Shown here: positions 1 through 8,489 of the stretch, piece by piece
How positions within the stretch are numbered: position 1 is the first letter of the stretch
How the letters are laid out: every line of letters starts with the position of its first letter
Assembly: GCA_963727445.1 (NCBI GenBank)
Contig: CAVSGI010000021.1
Location: 1 to 64,000 of the forward strand
DNA length: 64,000 nucleotides
Direction of reading: 5' to 3'
Source of the DNA: an uncultured delta proteobacterium
GTDB lineage: Bacteria; Myxococcota_A; Polyangia; Polyangiales; B10-G4
Made by a program: the position numbers and the translations under genes
The notes under the pieces: model-generated
The model's database searches: none
Told to the model about the DNA's origin: nothing
The model's input: the letters and a program-made list of their open reading frames with translations, nothing else

Positions 1-89
1 ACCGAATTGCAGAATTTGAGATAGCTCGCCGCCCGCGCCGATGACGCACGACTTATCGGAACCGACGGCCAAATGCTCGGCAGGGGGAA

Positions 90-214
90 GCTGATAGCCA
101 TCACAAACGGCCTCCGCTCCCCTCCGGCCGGGCTGGGAGTCGACAGATCATGCCTTCTCGGAAATTCGGGCGTCCGGGGAGCCGGTCCGCTTACACGGTG
201 GCTGGAAACCGGAG
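90..214 (+). repeat. R1 dispersed structured repeat, full copy A (opposite orientation to B, C, F); no IS inserted
   Basis: GCTGATAGCCATCACAAACGGCCTC-[hairpin]-GAGTCGACAGATCATGCCTTCTCGGAAATTCGGGCGTCCGG-[hairpin]-GGCTGGAAACCGGAG; reverse complement aligns with 2353-2469, 6868-6985 and 15724-15848. Confidence 0.85.
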
Positions 215-345
215 CTTTGATGTCCAGTCGGATTTGCGATCTCCGCATAGTCGGCGCCGTTTCTTCGGGCCTGAGTTACGAACCCTGCTCGAGCTTGGCC
301 TTTGACAGTCTAGTGCTCCGTCCTGGTTCGGGAGAACTTGCCTAC

Positions 346-894
346 CTAGCAGGAGACGAATGTAAGACCCGTTAGCCCGCTTGCCTCATAGCGCGAAATG
401 AAGTCGTCGCCCAACTCTCTGTCGTCGCGTTGCACAGTGAGGACGTCTCCGCGCACCGTCTCTGCAACCTTGAATAACGTCGACTCCCCGAATCCGAAAT
501 CACGAAAGGCATACTTCTGAAGGGTGAGTCTCTTTCCGGTGCGAGCGTCAAACCTCCAAGTCGCTCGCGACGGTTCGAGGACAGGATAGATTTCGGTAAC
601 GTTCAGAATGAAGACAGGCTCCTTCTCCTCGCCGAGACTTGCCTCCAGCACTTGACCGGCCATCTCGAAAAGGTCCTCCAGCGCATCCAACGCGGCGGAG
701 TCGAAGCACAAGCACCCAGGCGCGAGATGGAAAAAGTTTCCTCGAACTTGTGTGGCATTGAAGACCAACAGCTCCAACCTCTGCCACTCCCCTTTTGCTC
801 TTCCATCGAACTGCAGTTCAGACCAGCTTGCCTCATCTGCGGGAATAACAGTCTGATACTTCACAACATCCTCACGGATCAGGAAGGTGTTCAT
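346..894 (-). CDS. Putative immunity protein (Imm11/DUF1629-like) for the adjacent AHH nuclease
   Basis: 182 aa directly downstream of an AHH toxin tip; 'FILNVTE', 'LFKV' and terminal 'GLTGLTF' resemble Imm11/DUF1629 proteins. Confidence 0.6.
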   Translation of the reverse strand: MNTFLIREDVVKYQTVIPADEASWSELQFDGRAKGEWQRLELLVFNATQVRGNFFHLAPGCLCFDSAALDALEDLFEMAGQVLEASLGEEKEPVFILNVTEIYPVLEPSRATWRFDARTGKRLTLQKYAFRDFGFGESTLFKVAETVRGDVLTVQRDDRELGDDFISRYEASGLTGLTFVSC

Positions 895-944
895 TCTCCA
901 AGTAGTCCTTGTGCAAGGAAAGGCAGGTCTGCGAAGTTGAAGTT

Positions 945-1220
945 CTAGTACGGGAACTCGCCGGCCGGTATCTCAGTGGCGATCGCCCGCAACTCCTCCC
1001 GGACCGTGCCTGGTGCCGCATCCTGAAGTCGTCTTCCAAGCTCAGTGTAGTACCGGTTGGTGTGAATTACTGAGTGAGTTGTAGTCGGCGGCTGAGCAAC
1101 CCGGCGCGAGCGGGGAAGAAAAATCCCGTTTGCGGCCTCGTTGATGTCGATACCCTCGCGCCGAAGAATCCGACGTGAGAGTGCAGCTCGCGCATCCTGA
1201 GAGACTATGTGATGGCTATC
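945..1220 (-). pseudogene. Orphan C-terminal AHH (HNH/EndoVII) nuclease toxin fragment
   Basis: SHHIV...GIDINEAANGIFLP...HSVIHTNRYY motif set; the ORF upstream of HHIV is the antisense of an RCC1 fragment. Confidence 0.75.
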
Positions 1221-1223
1221 CAC

Positions 1224-1379
1224 GACGATGGCGCCGAGATCGAGGCGGGCGGTGACACCACGTGCGCGCGCCGGTTGGATGGAACCGTGATGTGTTGGGG
1301 CGACAACGAGTTCGGCCAGCTCGGCAACGGGACGACCACGCCTTCGTCTACGCCGGTGTTCGTGATCGGTCCGGAATAG
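1224..1379 (+). pseudogene. 3' fragment of an RCC1-repeat protein
   Basis: EIEAGGDTTCARRLDGTVMCWGDNEFGQLGNGTTTPSSTPVFV then stop; no start. Confidence 0.8.
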
Positions 1380-1422
1380 GCGGCGGCTTGCTCGCCCGTC
1401 ACGTTCGGTGTCTGATCGCGGC

Positions 1423-2034
1423 ATGTTGCGGCGTGACGTGAAGCTGGACTGGAAGGACGCCGTCCTCTTCGCCCTCGGCTTCGCAGTCGCGGTCGGCGTT
1501 CTCGTGTTTCTCTCGACTCAGTACGGGATGACCCTCGAGAACCGTCTCCTGAGGATCGCGATGCTTCTGCTCTGCTTCGGCCCGCTGGCCGCGCGGCGCG
1601 CGTGGTTCGGCCAGCCCACTCGGGCGACGCCGAAGGAGGGGCTGCTCTGGTCGGTGGTCTCGATCCTCGCCCTGCTTCTGATCTTCGGGGGCGTGGGCTC
1701 GCTCGGGTTGTCGCTCGTCCCGCTCAGCCGCCTGCTCGAGTCTCCTCCCGATTTCGAGGCCGACGCTCCCCCAGCGATCGCTCCCACGTCGAACTTCGAT
1801 TACGAGATCCTCGACCCGAACGAGACGCCCGAAGCGCGTGACGCGCGGCTCGCGCGCGAAGCTCGGGAAGCGCAGGTAGTGACGCGAGACGACAAGCCGG
1901 ACGTGTCGGCGCGGTCGAATTGGGAAGCGCAGCGTGCGCGTGCACGCACGAACGCGCTGCTCATGCTCGCTCTGGGGCTCGGCCTCATCGCCGTGGGTAC
2001 GCTGCTGATGACGTTGCGCAATCGGCGAACCTGA
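1423..2034 (+). CDS. Hypothetical membrane protein (~4 TM)
   Basis: Hydrophobic segments in ORF 1408-2034; ATG at 1423. Confidence 0.6.
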   Translation: MLRRDVKLDWKDAVLFALGFAVAVGVLVFLSTQYGMTLENRLLRIAMLLLCFGPLAARRAWFGQPTRATPKEGLLWSVVSILALLLIFGGVGSLGLSLVPLSRLLESPPDFEADAPPAIAPTSNFDYEILDPNETPEARDARLAREAREAQVVTRDDKPDVSARSNWEAQRARARTNALLMLALGLGLIAVGTLLMTLRNRRT

Positions 2035-2078
2035 CGCCGCGCGCCGCTCTGCTGACTTTCGAGACCCAAACGGCGAAA

Positions 2079-2104
2079 CGCCCCGGTGGCAAACCACCGG
2101 GGCG
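2079..2104 (-). terminator. Probable intrinsic terminator retained behind the dnaK fragment
   Basis: Perfect 11-bp stem CGCCCCGGTGG-caaa-CCACCGGGGCG followed by TTT on the minus strand. Confidence 0.7.
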
Positions 2105-2127
2105 CTTCTCCATCGGTCGAGGCCGAC

Positions 2128-2352
2128 TCAGTTCGCGTCTTCGAACTCGGCGTCGATGACGCCGTCACCGCCTTCGTCGTCGCTCGGGGGAGGCGCGCCC
2201 GCACCCGCAGCGCCGGCGACGGCGTCACCGCCCGCGGCCTGGTAGGCCTCGGTGGCGATCTCCTGCATGGTCTTCTCGAGCGCTTCCATGCGCGTCTTGA
2301 TCTGGTCGTCGTTCTGCTCGTCGATGGCCTTGCGCAGATCTTCGATCTTCTT
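2128..2352 (-). pseudogene. dnaK: 3' fragment of Hsp70/DnaK
   Basis: KIEDLRKAIDEQNDDQIKTRMEALEK...EAYQAAGG...DGVIDAEFEDAN is a typical DnaK tail; cut at the R1 copy B edge. Confidence 0.85.
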
Positions 2353-2469
2353 CTCCGCTTTCCAGCTCTCCGGCAACCGTCACGGATCCAGGGAAAGCTG
2401 AGTTTCCGAGAAGGTATGATCTGTCGACTCCCTGCCCGGCCGGAGGGGAGCGGAGGCCGTTCATGGTTA
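2353..2469 (-). repeat. R1 copy B, interrupted at its end by IS copy 1 (remaining TCCGC at 3895-3899)
   Basis: CTCCGCTTTCCAGC...GAGTTTCCGAGAAGGTATGATCTGTCGACTCCC...GGAGGCCGTTCATGGTTA. Confidence 0.8.
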
Positions 2470-2559
2470 CTTCTGTGAAGCGGCCACCCCGGTCAACTGC
2501 GTTGTTTTTGATTTTGCGCTCTACGTCGTCGTGGCTCGTCTCCTTCGCTTCGGCTCGGG

Positions 2560-2760
2560 TTCGTCGTTTCGCTCGTACGTGACGGGTTGTTCAGCCTTCT
2601 GTTCGCGCTCGACTGGGGCGGCTTCGAGGCCGCGGCGCAGGGTGGGATTCGGTGGTGATCGGCGCCATCTATCCGTCGGCGTTCGATAGCAGCCAGTAAA
2701 CATGTCGCGCTCGACCACCATAATCGGTTCCCTTCACATTGAGCGGGTCATCGTCGTTGC
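2560..2760 (-). ncRNA. Predicted bridge/seekRNA of IS copy 1 (ends approximate)
   Basis: Stem GGTGGTCG/CGATCACC encloses CATGTTTA and CGGATA (target halves); ATCCCA and ACAGAAG (element-end halves) follow. Confidence 0.65.
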
Positions 2761-2769
2761 GTCTTCAGG

Positions 2770-3801
2770 TCAGGCCGCAGCAGCCTCCTCACGACTCGCT
2801 GTCGCCTCGAAGCGCGTCCCGTCTCGCCACATCGCGTACAGGATCCCCGCGAGCTTGCGCGCCAGCGCGACCGCCGCGATTCGTTTGCCGCGCCGCGCGG
2901 CGATGCGCAGTGTCCATTCGCGAAGCGGCGCCGTCTCCGGTCGTTTGTGCCGCAAGATCCCCCAGGCCGCTTCGACGAGCAGCGACCGAAGGCGACGACT
3001 ACCCGTCTTCGTGATGTGGCCTCTCATTCGTTTTTCGCCCGAGCTCAGCTCGCGCGGCACCAGGCCCAGATAGGCACGCACTTGCGAGGCGTTGTGGAAG
3101 CGGCCGATCTGGTCGACCACCGCGACGAAGGTCACCGCCGTGACGGGCCCGATGCTCGGCACCGTGCACAGACGCTCGACCACCTCGTCGCCCTTGGCGA
3201 GCTCGGCGAGGCGCTTGTCGGCGTCGCGGATCTGCGCGGTGAGTTGCTCGAGCATCACGAGCAGGGGGGCGACCTCGAGCGACAGGTGCGCTGGCAGCGA
3301 CAGCTCCTCGATGCGCGCGGCAAACGTTGCCGCTCCGCCGCTTCGCGGCGACAGCCCCTCGCGCCGTAGAAGTGCCCGGGTGAGCGAGATGTACTTCGTT
3401 CGCGTGCGCACCAGCGCATCACGCACCGCGACCTGCGCTCGCCGATGCCGAGCCGCGTCCGAGGCGCGGTGCGCCGGGCGGTACGCGCCGAGCCGGCAGG
3501 CGTCGCATAGCGCTCGCGCGTCGCGCCGGTCCGTCTTCACTTTGCGGCTCCGCGTGGCGTACATCGGCGCGAAGTTCGGGTCGGCCACGATCACCTCGTG
3601 ACCCAGCTCCTCGAGCCAGCGAGCCACCCACTCGCTGTCCGTCGACGCCTCCATCACGATCTTCGCCCGTGCGCGGTTGGCGAACAGCTTCGCCAGGGCT
3701 TCGCGCGTCGTCGCCACGCGCCGCTCCCACAGCTCTCCCTCTTTCGTCTGGATGCAGACCTGACTTGTCTTCTTGTGAACATCGATGCCAATGTGCTCCA
3801 C
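2770..3801 (-). CDS. IS110-family DEDD recombinase/transposase
   Basis: GIDVHK, MEAS, KTDRRDA (DEDD RuvC) and C-terminal LVPRELSSG; GGAGG RBS before GTG. Confidence 0.95.
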   Translation of the reverse strand: MEHIGIDVHKKTSQVCIQTKEGELWERRVATTREALAKLFANRARAKIVMEASTDSEWVARWLEELGHEVIVADPNFAPMYATRSRKVKTDRRDARALCDACRLGAYRPAHRASDAARHRRAQVAVRDALVRTRTKYISLTRALLRREGLSPRSGGAATFAARIEELSLPAHLSLEVAPLLVMLEQLTAQIRDADKRLAELAKGDEVVERLCTVPSIGPVTAVTFVAVVDQIGRFHNASQVRAYLGLVPRELSSGEKRMRGHITKTGSRRLRSLLVEAAWGILRHKRPETAPLREWTLRIAARRGKRIAAVALARKLAGILYAMWRDGTRFEATASREEAAAA

Positions 3802-3897
3802 GGCTGGCCTCCACTCTGCGGCTCTTGACCGCGATCAACGTTGTGGGGCTACGGCTACCACGTCAGTGGCGGCCAGCCGCTTACATCCCATCTATCC

Positions 3898-4629
3898 GCC
3901 ACCGTGCGCTGGGGCCTGACACTCTTCCCCGATCTGGGCGGAAGCCAGTGCGGACAGGATGCGATCCCGATCCCGGTGGGCGACGCCAACGAGACCGCGA
4001 TTCAGACGCTCCTCACCAACGCCCTCGATCCGAGCGATCCCTACCACTGCCGGGCGGGGCCCTGCGTCACCAACATAGACACGGCGATGGAGCAGGCGGC
4101 ATCGGATCCCGCATTCGTCGACACCACCCGCGCGAGCTACGCCTTGCTGGTGACCGACGGGAAACAGTCGGGGAGCTGCCGGGGCGGCAGCGACGATCGG
4201 ACCTTCGCGGCGATCGAGGGACTCCGCGGGCGTGGGATCGAGACCTTCGTGGTCGGCTTCGGAAGCGGAGTGGACGGAGAGGCGCTCAGCCGCTTCGCGA
4301 CCCTCGGCGGGACGGATCTGCCGGCGACGCCCAGCTACTACCAGGCCAACGCTCCGGCCGAGCTCCTGACCGCGTTCGACACGATCGTGAGTGGCGTCGT
4401 CAGTTGTGACTATGCGGTGGCAGACATGCCCACCGACCTCTCGATGGTCACCGTCTTCTTCGACGGCAGCCGCACGGTGGACCGCGACGAGAGCCATGCC
4501 GCGGGGTGGGACTTCGACCCGACGACTGGCCGCCTCACTTTCTACGGAGGCCCCTGCGATGACCTCCGAAGCGGCAGCGCGCGCGACGTGGACGTCGTCT
4601 TCGGGTGCGCGGGCCCGAGCCTCGAATGA
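3898..4629 (+). pseudogene. 3' fragment of a VWA-domain protein
   Basis: VRWGLTLFP, LLVTDG, TFVVGFG, C-terminal GPCDDLR..VVFGC; the N-terminal DxSxS is missing, cut at the R1/IS edge. Confidence 0.8.
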
Positions 4630-5858
4630 GCAGCTTTCCCCGGGGAAAGCGATTCGCCCAACTAGGGGTCATACTCTTGGATGCGCGCGGGGAGCTCGGA
4701 ACGGCGTTGCTGCTGACAGCCGTATCTTTCGCGGGCTGCTACGAGTCTCACGAAGCCGCAGCGCCCTGCACCGACGGCGCCCTCCCCTTCCCGGTGGGTC
4801 GTGCGTGCGATGTCGAGCTGCACGAGCTCGCCGTCTTCCCTCTCGGTGGAGGGTCCGGCGCGAGAATCGCCCCGGGTGAAGACAGCCTCCTTCTAATCTG
4901 GCGGGACGGATCCATTCTCGACTCTCCCCCCGGACCCACGCGCTTGGCGACCTCGGTCATGCCGGTGCACGGACGTCCCAGTGAGCCCCAATACTTTCTG
5001 GAGGATGTTGGCTACGTGCGCGAGCCGGACGCCGTGTGGACCGGAAGCGGATGGCTCGGAACGTGGACTGAGAGGGGGCCGCCGACCCTCGCACGGATCG
5101 ACCCGATGGGAACACCTCACGTCACGGGTCGGGTGGAGGGTGGGCCACCCGGCTCCGAGCTTCGTTCCCAGCTGCTCGTCGTGGATGAGCACTACGCGCT
5201 CCTCGTCTGGATCGTGGTCACCTCCGAGGGCACGGCGGTGTTCGCGAGCGAAGTCGACATCGACTCCGGCGAACCTCGCGGCGAGCCGATACGACTCCCC
5301 TTGGACTACGGATGGCCGCACCTCGGTCGTCAGTCGACCGCCGGGCCACCATGGATTCTCTTCGTGATGGACGGCGCGATCCTCGGACAGACACTGAGCC
5401 CGAGTGGCTCACCACTCGCCCCGCCCCGAGTTTTGGTCGCGAGAGCTGCAACCGAAACGCTTGGCCCGTTTGCTCACGCAGAGCGAGAGGACGGCGGAAT
5501 GCTCGCCTACACCCGTGAAGGTGACGACGGCGCGCAACGAGTGGCCCTTCGGCTCCTCGACACCAGCGGCAATCCCATCGGCGACGCCCCACCCCTGCAC
5601 TCGGATTGCGAGTCGAGCGCCGCCCCTTCCCTCGTCGCCTATCGAGATGGGTACGCAATGGCGTTTCGGCACACGGGGTCGGACGGAACCACCCAGCGTC
5701 TGGTCACGCTCGATGCCCGCGGTCGGTCGCTCACGCAGCAGCAGCTACCCCAAGCCGTGCAACTCACCACCGATGCTTCGGGCGAGCTCCACTTCAGCGC
5801 GGGGATGGCGACCGATACGGAGACCACGCTCTTCGCGGGCCACATCTCGTGTCCGTGA
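4626..5858 (+). CDS. Hypothetical lipoprotein (start uncertain)
   Basis: Lipobox-like LLLTAVSFAGC; ~400-aa ORF. Confidence 0.6.
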   Translation: MSSFPRGKRFAQLGVILLDARGELGTALLLTAVSFAGCYESHEAAAPCTDGALPFPVGRACDVELHELAVFPLGGGSGARIAPGEDSLLLIWRDGSILDSPPGPTRLATSVMPVHGRPSEPQYFLEDVGYVREPDAVWTGSGWLGTWTERGPPTLARIDPMGTPHVTGRVEGGPPGSELRSQLLVVDEHYALLVWIVVTSEGTAVFASEVDIDSGEPRGEPIRLPLDYGWPHLGRQSTAGPPWILFVMDGAILGQTLSPSGSPLAPPRVLVARAATETLGPFAHAEREDGGMLAYTREGDDGAQRVALRLLDTSGNPIGDAPPLHSDCESSAAPSLVAYRDGYAMAFRHTGSDGTTQRLVTLDARGRSLTQQQLPQAVQLTTDASGELHFSAGMATDTETTLFAGHISCP

Positions 5859-5905
5859 TGCCGACGTCGGTTGCCAAAGACGACTCAGGCTGAGCGCGCC
5901 GCCCG

Positions 5906-6415
5906 CTAAAGCGTGGGCAGGCTGCGCGCCGGGTTCTTCGGGTCGTAGACGACCCAGATGCGCTTCTCTTCCCACAGCCAGATCGTCTTCTGCTGGCGTT
6001 CGAAACGCTCGCCGTCGACCGCGTATGCGTACTTCACGAAGTGGCTGACGCTACGCCCGTTGGCCCCTGTCCCATCGGCGGGGATCATGTACGTCTTGAT
6101 CACTTCGCCCTCGCAGCATCCCCCGTTGCGCCACAGCTTCATCACGTGGTGGCGGAGCAGGAGACCCAATCCCGGCATGCACAGCGCGGGCCCTATCACG
6201 ACCAGGGTGTGCCAAAGAGGCTCCTCGGGATCGTAGGCGATGATGGCCATCACCAGCAGCGACAGCACGATGAAGCCACCCCAGAGGATCAGCCCGGTCC
6301 CGCGGGGATTCACGCCGGAGGCGAACCCGTCGCGAGGCGCCGGCCCTGGTGGCACACGCCGCGGAGGGGCGTCTTCGTCCGCGACTTCATCGGCTTCTTC
6401 GTCGTGATTGCTCAT
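5906..6415 (-). CDS. Small membrane protein, DUF3592-like
   Basis: Two TM helices, then GEVI...YAYAVDGERF...VVYDPKNPARS. Confidence 0.6.
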   Translation of the reverse strand: MSNHDEEADEVADEDAPPRRVPPGPAPRDGFASGVNPRGTGLILWGGFIVLSLLVMAIIAYDPEEPLWHTLVVIGPALCMPGLGLLLRHHVMKLWRNGGCCEGEVIKTYMIPADGTGANGRSVSHFVKYAYAVDGERFERQQKTIWLWEEKRIWVVYDPKNPARSLPTL

Positions 6416-6867
6416 CAGCGCATGGCCAGCTGCTCGAAGAAGCTAGCCAGCTGGGCGCGCTGCTCCGGGGGCATGTACTCGAAGTTGCGGCCGCGATCGA
6501 TGATCTCCCAGAAGTCCTTGGTGGTGACGCTCTCGAGGGACGATCGGATCTGTTCGAGGCGCGCGCGCGGTTCGTCCGCCATGTCCTCCGCGATGCGCTT
6601 CGCGTGATCGGTCTCGCCCTTCCACAGGTAATAGGCGGCGAGCTTCACCTGTGTCTTGCGCACGCCGAGGAGCGCAGACTCCTGAGACTTCGACCGCAGC
6701 GGGCGGTCGAGCTCGAGGAACTGGTCGAGCATCTCCTGGTGCGCGTCGGAGTCGAGCTCGTGCGCGATCTGACAGAGCGCCGAGATGTCGTAGGCGACGG
6801 TCTCGGTCACGAACGAGAGCTTCATGTCGAAGCTGACGTGGCCGTAGTAGCTCATGTGTCGCACGCC
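6415..6867 (-). pseudogene. 3' fragment of a hypothetical protein
   Basis: Protein-like helical sequence (YYGHVSF...FWEIIDRGRNFEY) begins at the R1 copy C edge; the ORF's first ~28 aa are repeat-derived. Confidence 0.65.
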
Positions 6868-6985
6868 CTCCGGTTTCCAGCCACCGTGTAAGCGGACCGG
6901 CTCCCCGGACGCCCGAAAATTCCGAGAAGGTACGATCTGTCGACTCGTCACACCGCCTGCGGCGGCGCGAGGCCGTTCGTGGTTA
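6868..6985 (-). repeat. R1 copy C, interrupted by IS copy 2
   Basis: CTCCGGTTTCCAGCCACCGTGTAAGCGGACCGGCTCCCCGGACGCCCGAA identical to the copy A arm; ends GAGGCCGTTCGTGGTTA. Confidence 0.85.
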
Positions 6986-7075
6986 CTTCTGTGAAGCGGC
7001 CACCCCGGTCAACTGCGTTGTTTTTGATTTTGCGCTCTACGTCGTCGTGGCTCGTCTCCTTCGCTTCGGCTCGGG

Positions 7076-7276
7076 TTCGTCGTTTCGCTCGTACGTGACG
7101 GGTTGTTCAGCCTTCTGTTCGCGCTCGACTGGGGCGGCTTCGAGGCCGCGGCGCAGGGTGGGATTCGGTGGTGATCGGCGCCATCTATCCGTCGGCGTTC
7201 GATAGCAGCCAGTAAACATGTCGCGCTCGACCACCATAATCGGTTCCCTTCACATTGAGCGGGTCATCGTCGTTGC
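7076..7276 (-). ncRNA. Predicted bridge/seekRNA of IS copy 2
   Basis: Same sequence as 2560-2760. Confidence 0.65.
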
Positions 7277-7285
7277 GTCTTCAGG

Positions 7286-8317
7286 TCAGGCCGCAGCAGC
7301 CTCCTCACGACTCGCTGTCGCCTCGAAGCGCGTCCCGTCTCGCCACATCGCGTACAGGATCCCCGCGAGCTTGCGCGCCAGCGCGACCGCCGCGATTCGT
7401 TTGCCGCGCCGCGCGGCGATGCGCAGTGTCCATTCGCGAAGCGGCGCCGTCTCCGGTCGTTTGTGCCGCAAGATCCCCCAGGCCGCTTCGACGAGCAGCG
7501 ACCGAAGGCGACGACTACCCGTCTTCGTGATGTGGCCTCTCATTCGTTTTTCGCCCGAGCTCAGCTCGCGCGGCACCAGGCCCAGATAGGCACGCACTTG
7601 CGAGGCGTTGTGGAAGCGGCCGATCTGGTCGACCACCGCGACGAAGGTCACCGCCGTGACGGGCCCGATGCTCGGCACCGTGCACAGACGCTCGACCACC
7701 TCGTCGCCCTTGGCGAGCTCGGCGAGGCGCTTGTCGGCGTCGCGGATCTGCGCGGTGAGTTGCTCGAGCATCACGAGCAGGGGGGCGACCTCGAGCGACA
7801 GGTGCGCTGGCAGCGACAGCTCCTCGATGCGCGCGGCAAACGTTGCCGCTCCGCCGCTTCGCGGCGACAGCCCCTCGCGCCGTAGAAGTGCCCGGGTGAG
7901 CGAGATGTACTTCGTTCGCGTGCGCACCAGCGCATCACGCACCGCGACCTGCGCTCGCCGATGCCGAGCCGCGTCCGAGGCGCGGTGCGCCGGGCGGTAC
8001 GCGCCGAGCCGGCAGGCGTCGCATAGCGCTCGCGCGTCGCGCCGGTCCGTCTTCACTTTGCGGCTCCGCGTGGCGTACATCGGCGCGAAGTTCGGGTCGG
8101 CCACGATCACCTCGTGACCCAGCTCCTCGAGCCAGCGAGCCACCCACTCGCTGTCCGTCGACGCCTCCATCACGATCTTCGCCCGTGCGCGGTTGGCGAA
8201 CAGCTTCGCCAGGGCTTCGCGCGTCGTCGCCACGCGCCGCTCCCACAGCTCTCCCTCTTTCGTCTGGATGCAGACCTGACTTGTCTTCTTGTGAACATCG
8301 ATGCCAATGTGCTCCAC
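7286..8317 (-). CDS. IS110-family DEDD recombinase/transposase
   Basis: Protein identical to 2770-3801. Confidence 0.95.
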   Translation of the reverse strand: MEHIGIDVHKKTSQVCIQTKEGELWERRVATTREALAKLFANRARAKIVMEASTDSEWVARWLEELGHEVIVADPNFAPMYATRSRKVKTDRRDARALCDACRLGAYRPAHRASDAARHRRAQVAVRDALVRTRTKYISLTRALLRREGLSPRSGGAATFAARIEELSLPAHLSLEVAPLLVMLEQLTAQIRDADKRLAELAKGDEVVERLCTVPSIGPVTAVTFVAVVDQIGRFHNASQVRAYLGLVPRELSSGEKRMRGHITKTGSRRLRSLLVEAAWGILRHKRPETAPLREWTLRIAARRGKRIAAVALARKLAGILYAMWRDGTRFEATASREEAAAA

Positions 8318-8489
8318 GGCTGGCCTCCACTCTGCGGCTCTTGACCGCGATCAACGTTGTGGGGCTACGGCTACCACGTCAGTGGCGGCCAGCCGCTTAC
8401 ATCCCATCTATCCGCCGCTACGACTCCATCGACCGGCTCTGCCACGTCTGTTCTCATCGAACGCGTCGGGCTCTCATCGAACGCGACGC

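Larger units (their letters stand above)
2470..3892 (-). mobile_element. IS110-family element, IS1111-like layout, copy 1
   Basis: Matches 6986-8408 throughout by eye; flanked by TA at 2468-2469 and 3893-3894; short 5' and 300-bp 3' non-coding ends; imperfect subterminal IR TGT(G)AAGCGGC. Confidence 0.9.
6986..8408 (-). mobile_element. IS110-family element, copy 2
   Basis: Same sequence as 2470-3892 at offset 4516; TA at 6984-6985 and 8409-8410. Confidence 0.9.

Noticed and set aside
2353..2469. R1 as a classical integron attC
   Set aside because: No complementary RYYYAAC/GTTRRRY ends, two hairpins rather than one, mixed orientation, no intI seen
2491..2496. Circle-junction promoter using TTGACC
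   Set aside because: Spacing to TAGATG across my predicted junction is 21 nt, too long for sigma70
2521..2721. 66-aa ORF in the IS (also 7037-7237)
   Set aside because: No protein features; overlaps the predicted guide RNA
6868..6985. R1 as a group II intron or HEARO remnant
   Set aside because: No domain V motif or convincing diagnostic motifs by eye; an Rfam search is still needed
2470..8408. Composite transposon formed by the two IS copies
   Set aside because: Each copy has both target halves, which fits independent insertions; the cargo has truncated genes at both ends
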